The notes under the pieces are model-generated. The model was not told the origin of the DNA and did no database searches. It was given only the letters and a program-made list of their open reading frames with translations. Shown piece by piece: positions 60,201-64,000 of a stretch of 64,000 nt of DNA (position 1 is its first letter; each line of letters starts with the position of its first letter). Made by a program: the position numbers and the translations under genes. Origin of the DNA: Centroscyllium fabricii. Its lineage: Eukaryota. The stretch lies in assembly GCA_051313645.2 (NCBI GenBank), contig JBNRSN020000031.1, positions 13,826,001-13,890,000 of the forward strand. The letters run 5' to 3'.

Positions 60201-61119
60201 ATGGGATGCAGAATGGAGAATCAGGCGCAGAATTCGCAGGGCTCCCAATTTTCAAGATAAAGTTATTCTGTAATCTCAGCAAAAAGGAACATACAGGCTT
60301 CAGGATGACAGTTGCATATTCTGGTGCTAAGCTGTGGTCTCCAACTCTTTGTACCTCGGAGATCAAAAGCATTTGATATTGATGGATATCCCGTATAGAA
60401 AACTTTAAGAACTGTAATACTGTAGCGAAGTTAAGATTTAAAAGTAAGATTCTCTGTTAATAACAAGATTGTATTTTTTCTCTTTTTAGAATTGTTAACG
60501 TTGCGATTAACTGATTCACCAACTGTAAATTGTATGTCGGTTCTTTTAAGAAATCTCTATGGGCAGGATTTTCATTGGGCTGTGGAGGCGGGATTGGAGG
60601 CATGTGGGGGGTTAAAATCCTGAAATCAGGGGTCCCGACCCCATCCTGCCCCCAACCCGCCTCCATGCCAGTTTCAAAGGAGGCGGGTACCCGCCCCGCA
60701 CTGGGACCCGCCTCCACGAAGCAGGAAGGGGATTATTGCCAATTAACGGCCTGTTCATAGGTAGTTAGCGAGCAGTTTTTAGCCTAATTCCTGTTTTCAT
60801 TGCTGAAATGTGGGATTCCCGACAGCTCCAAACCACGCCACGTTAGCAACCCATTACCTAACAGCCCAAAGCCACAAAATGGAAGATATTTTTTGCGGGT
60901 AATTTTTCCCCTGATCAGACCAGTTGATGGTAATGGAGTCTCCTCAGCCGGTACAATAACGGCAATAGTTGTGCGCCTGGTTTATTAAAATACAGACCCT
61001 GATAATTACACTGTGGAATTAGTGTTGCCAACTCTTGGTGGACATATTCCTGAAGGTTTCATCACATGACCTCCCATCTCCAACCACCGTGCCCTCACAT
61101 CGTTGATCGCCTGATCTCT

Positions 61120-61902
61120 TAGACAGTCCCTCGGAATCGAGGATGACCTGCTTCCACATTAAAAATGAGTTCGCAGGTGACTGATGAGGCTAATGCGGGA
61201 CCTACAGTCTCTGCCATAGGTGGGGCAGACGGTGGTTGAAGGAGCGGGCGGATGGGGTGCTTGGGTTAATAATAATAATAATAATAATTCAACTTTATTG
61301 TCATTATACAATGTACAATAACATGAACAACGAAATGTGATCTTGCAAGCTCCCAAGAGTCCAGCAAAGCCGCTGCGTCTGTGCGCGCCGCCATTCCATC
61401 TTTCCATCATTCCGACAATCTTCAGCCAACCGCCCCTCCCCGGGGCTCCTTTCGTGACCTTCTGCACCTGGCATTCCCTGGTGGTTGCCCCTCCAAGCAC
61501 TAACCAGGCCTGGCTCTGCTTAGCTTCCAAGCCTTGCCAGTGGCCCTGTCCCTAGTCCCAGGAACGACTGGGTTGTCGTGCGCTCCTTGCGCTGCCTGCG
61601 CTTGGCTTCCGCTTGCTCCCGGCGAAGAGACTCGAGGTGTTCGGTGCCTTCCCGGATGCTTCTCCTCCACTTTGTGCAGTCTTGGGCCGGGGATTCCCAG
61701 GTTTCGGTGGGGATGTTACACTTTTTCAAGGAGGCTTTGAGAGTGTCCTTGAAGCGTTTCCTCTGCCCACCCGGGGCTCTCTTGCCATGCCGGAGCTCCG
61801 AGTAGACCGCTTGTTTTGGGAGTCTCGTATCGGGCATGTGGACAATGTGACCCGTCCATCGGAGCTGATTGTGCGTGGTCAAAGCTTCAATGCTGGGGAT
61901 GT
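61120..61902 (-). mobile_element. RTE-clade LINE 3' fragment interrupted by a SINE
   Basis: Peptide QLRWTGHIVHMPDTRLPKQ...GKRAPGGQRKRFKDTLK...W...WR and a degenerate terminal zinc finger CPTYGRDCRSRISLISHLRTH. Confidence 0.85.
61268..61568 (-). mobile_element. 5S rRNA-derived SINE (SINE3-like) with (TTA)n tail
   Basis: Minus strand GGAAGCTAAGCAGAGCCAGGCCTGGTTAGTGCTTGGAGGGGCAACCACCAGGGAATGCCAGGTGC resembles the 5S rRNA internal control region. TSD TGGGTT (61262-61267, 61569-61574). Confidence 0.8.
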
Positions 61903-62311
61903 TAGAAACATAGAAACATAGAAACTAGGAGCAGGAGTCGGCTATTCGGCCCTTCGAGCCTGCTCCGCCATTCAATGAGATCATGGCTGATCATCCAAAC
62001 CCAGTACCCCGTACCTGCTTTCTCCCCATATCCCTCGATCCCTATCGAGCCTGCACCGACACATACCCCACCCTATCCCCGTAACCCCACATATTTAATC
62101 CCCCTAACACTAAGGGTCAATTTATCATGGCCAATCAACCTAACCCACACATCTTTGGACTGTGGGAGGAAACTGGAGCACTCAGAGGAAACCCACGCAG
62201 ACACGGGGAGAATGTGCAAACTCCACACAGATAGTACCCGAGGCTGGATTTGAACCCGGGTCTCCAGAGCTGTGAGGCAACAGTGCTAACCACTGTGCCA
62301 CCATGCTGCCC
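61903..62311 (-). mobile_element. Full-length HE1-like V-SINE
   Basis: Reverse complement of 8372-8768. Confidence 0.9.
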
Positions 62312-62560
62312 TGTTGCCTGATACGTCCATCCTCGTGGCGCACCACCTTCCCACAGCCAATTGGGAAGCAAATGGACTCTTCGTTAGCCAATTGGCTGAT
62401 TCTTAACTTCAATCCAACAGCCCTTTTTCCCATCTCCAATGTGTTTTGTAACTAATAAACGGAAATTTAAAAAAACACAATTTTTTTAATGTCCCAATGA
62501 TCTTTCTCCTGGCTCGCTCACAGCAGTAGTATGGTTGTTGAGGATGAAAGAGTGGTGCTA

Positions 62561-63135
62561 CCCGGAAAAAAATGGTAGTAAGCTGATTTTTGTACCAGAT
62601 GATTAGTATATATCATAGAACAACATATCCAAAATCCGCCAAATTCCGCTCTGGGGAAAATTTTTAATGAGCATTGGAATATTTTGCATATTTTTGTATC
62701 GAAAATGTCAAAGGTAAGATTTTTATTTGACTTTGGGGGTTAATTCACCTTCATTAAAGAAAATACAAAGAGTGAGTAGTTAAAAATTATTTTAAAAAAT
62801 GGCGGGGGCGGGGGCGATGACTGGAACCTAAATACAATTCATAAAAGCCCAAAAAATGCATTTTACGCATGAAATACCATAACTACAACGGATCTAAAAC
62901 CACCATATCTTCTCGACCCAGAGTAAATTATAGAAGAATTAGAAGAATTTATAGTGATTTAGATAAGTACAAAATTAAATTATTTGACCCCTACACCTTT
63001 TCAAAGGCACTAAAAATCTCATCTTGGATAATATTTTTTCCCCAAAGAACATTTTAGCGGATTTTGGATATGTTGTTTTATGGCATATTCTGCTCATCTG
63101 GTGCAAAAATCAGCTTACTACCATTTTTTTCCCAG
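62561..63135. mobile_element. AT-rich MITE-like element with ~80-bp TIRs
   Basis: GGAAAAAAATGGTAGTAAGCTGATTTTTG...CATATCCAAAATCCGC is mirrored at 63057-63132. The TSD is not resolved. Confidence 0.7.
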
Positions 63136-63650
63136 TCAAAATGCGCAACGACCATGCTACAGTGTCCTGGCGAACAATCTTCAATTTCTGCAGACTTCAG
63201 GGCAATCCCGGAGGGTTGCTCTAACCCTATGTAGGATATCAGTAGACAAAAGCTAACGCCTTCTGAAATTCCTCTCATCTATTTCAGAGAAGGCATTAGA
63301 CTGTTTGAAATAAATGTGTTTTTACCTCTGTTGTATCTCGTTGTCGTCAGTGTTGTGCTTGTGGCACAATAAATACTCAGACACAGATTTACAATAAACA
63401 AAAGGTCTTTACTCGGTCAATGCCCAGGTGGAAGCTGAGTACAACAGTCAGTGCAGCGCTATTTATACTAGGTGGCCCAAAGAGGTATTACAGTACCCTT
63501 CCACCATACACAATATAGTCCAGCTCTGCCACTGGCTTACAGGCTGTTCACAGGCTGTCCATCATGCCTTATCACATACACTACAGCCTCCACAGGAAAA
63601 ACAGATAGGGATTTCAGACTAACATACTAGCCTTCATTGGCTAATACCCC

Positions 63651-64000
63651 AGACTTGTGCTCCAGAACTAGCTGCGCCCCTAGCCAAGCTGTTCCAGTAC
63701 AGCTACAACACTGGCATCTAGCCAGCAATGTGGAAAATTGCCCAAGTATGTCCTGTCTACAAAAAGCAAGACAAATCCGACCCGGCCAATTACCGTCCCA
63801 TCAGTCTCCTCTCAATCATCAGCAAAGTGATGGAAGGTGTCGTCGGTAGTGCTATCAAGCGGCACTTACTCAGCAATAACCTGCTAACTGACACCCAGTT
63901 TGGGTTCCGCCAGGGCCACTCAGCTCCTGACCTCATTACAGCCTTGGTCCAAACATGGACAAAAGAGCTGAACTCAAGAGGCGAGGTGAAAGTGACTGCC
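63651..64000 (+). pseudogene. CR1-group LINE RT fragment running off the window
   Basis: Peptide TCAPELAAPLAKLFQ...WKIAQVCPVYKK...PANYRPISLLSIISKVME...QFGFRQGHS with one internal stop. Confidence 0.82.

Noticed and set aside
61440-61530. Functional 5S rRNA gene
   Set aside because: The match is partial and diverged, with a non-5S 5' end, a retroposon tail and a TSD.
63360-63624. Possible solo LTR (TGT...ACA)
   Set aside because: I found no matching TSD and no second copy in the window.

Overview
This is eukaryotic, repeat-dominated DNA, most likely from a cartilaginous fish (shark). The repeat families point that way: HE1-like V-SINEs with CR1 tails, DeuSINE-like SINEs, CR1, Rex1 and RTE LINEs, Penelope-like ends and Harbinger remnants. 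I could not identify any host gene. The main elements are an open-frame Ingi/Vingi-like LINE (4296-7290), a 5'-truncated CR1 (17558-20101), a full-length Gypsy element (27834-33151) lying inside a decayed Harbinger, and a 15.3-kb nested and tandemly amplified Gypsy complex (40971-56316, perfect GACGG target-site duplication, TSD) inside a CsRn1-type Gypsy relic. The most notable signal concerns three distinct Gypsy families that lack a tRNA primer-binding site (PBS). In each, the sequence just after the 5' LTR is the reverse complement of that LTR's own AATAAA region, with compensatory changes between families and a U5 hairpin, suggesting self-priming and/or poly(A)-signal occlusion. All five RT copies of this lineage also carry YLDN instead of YxDD. 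Family names come from motif recognition, not database searches, and some boundaries are approximate.
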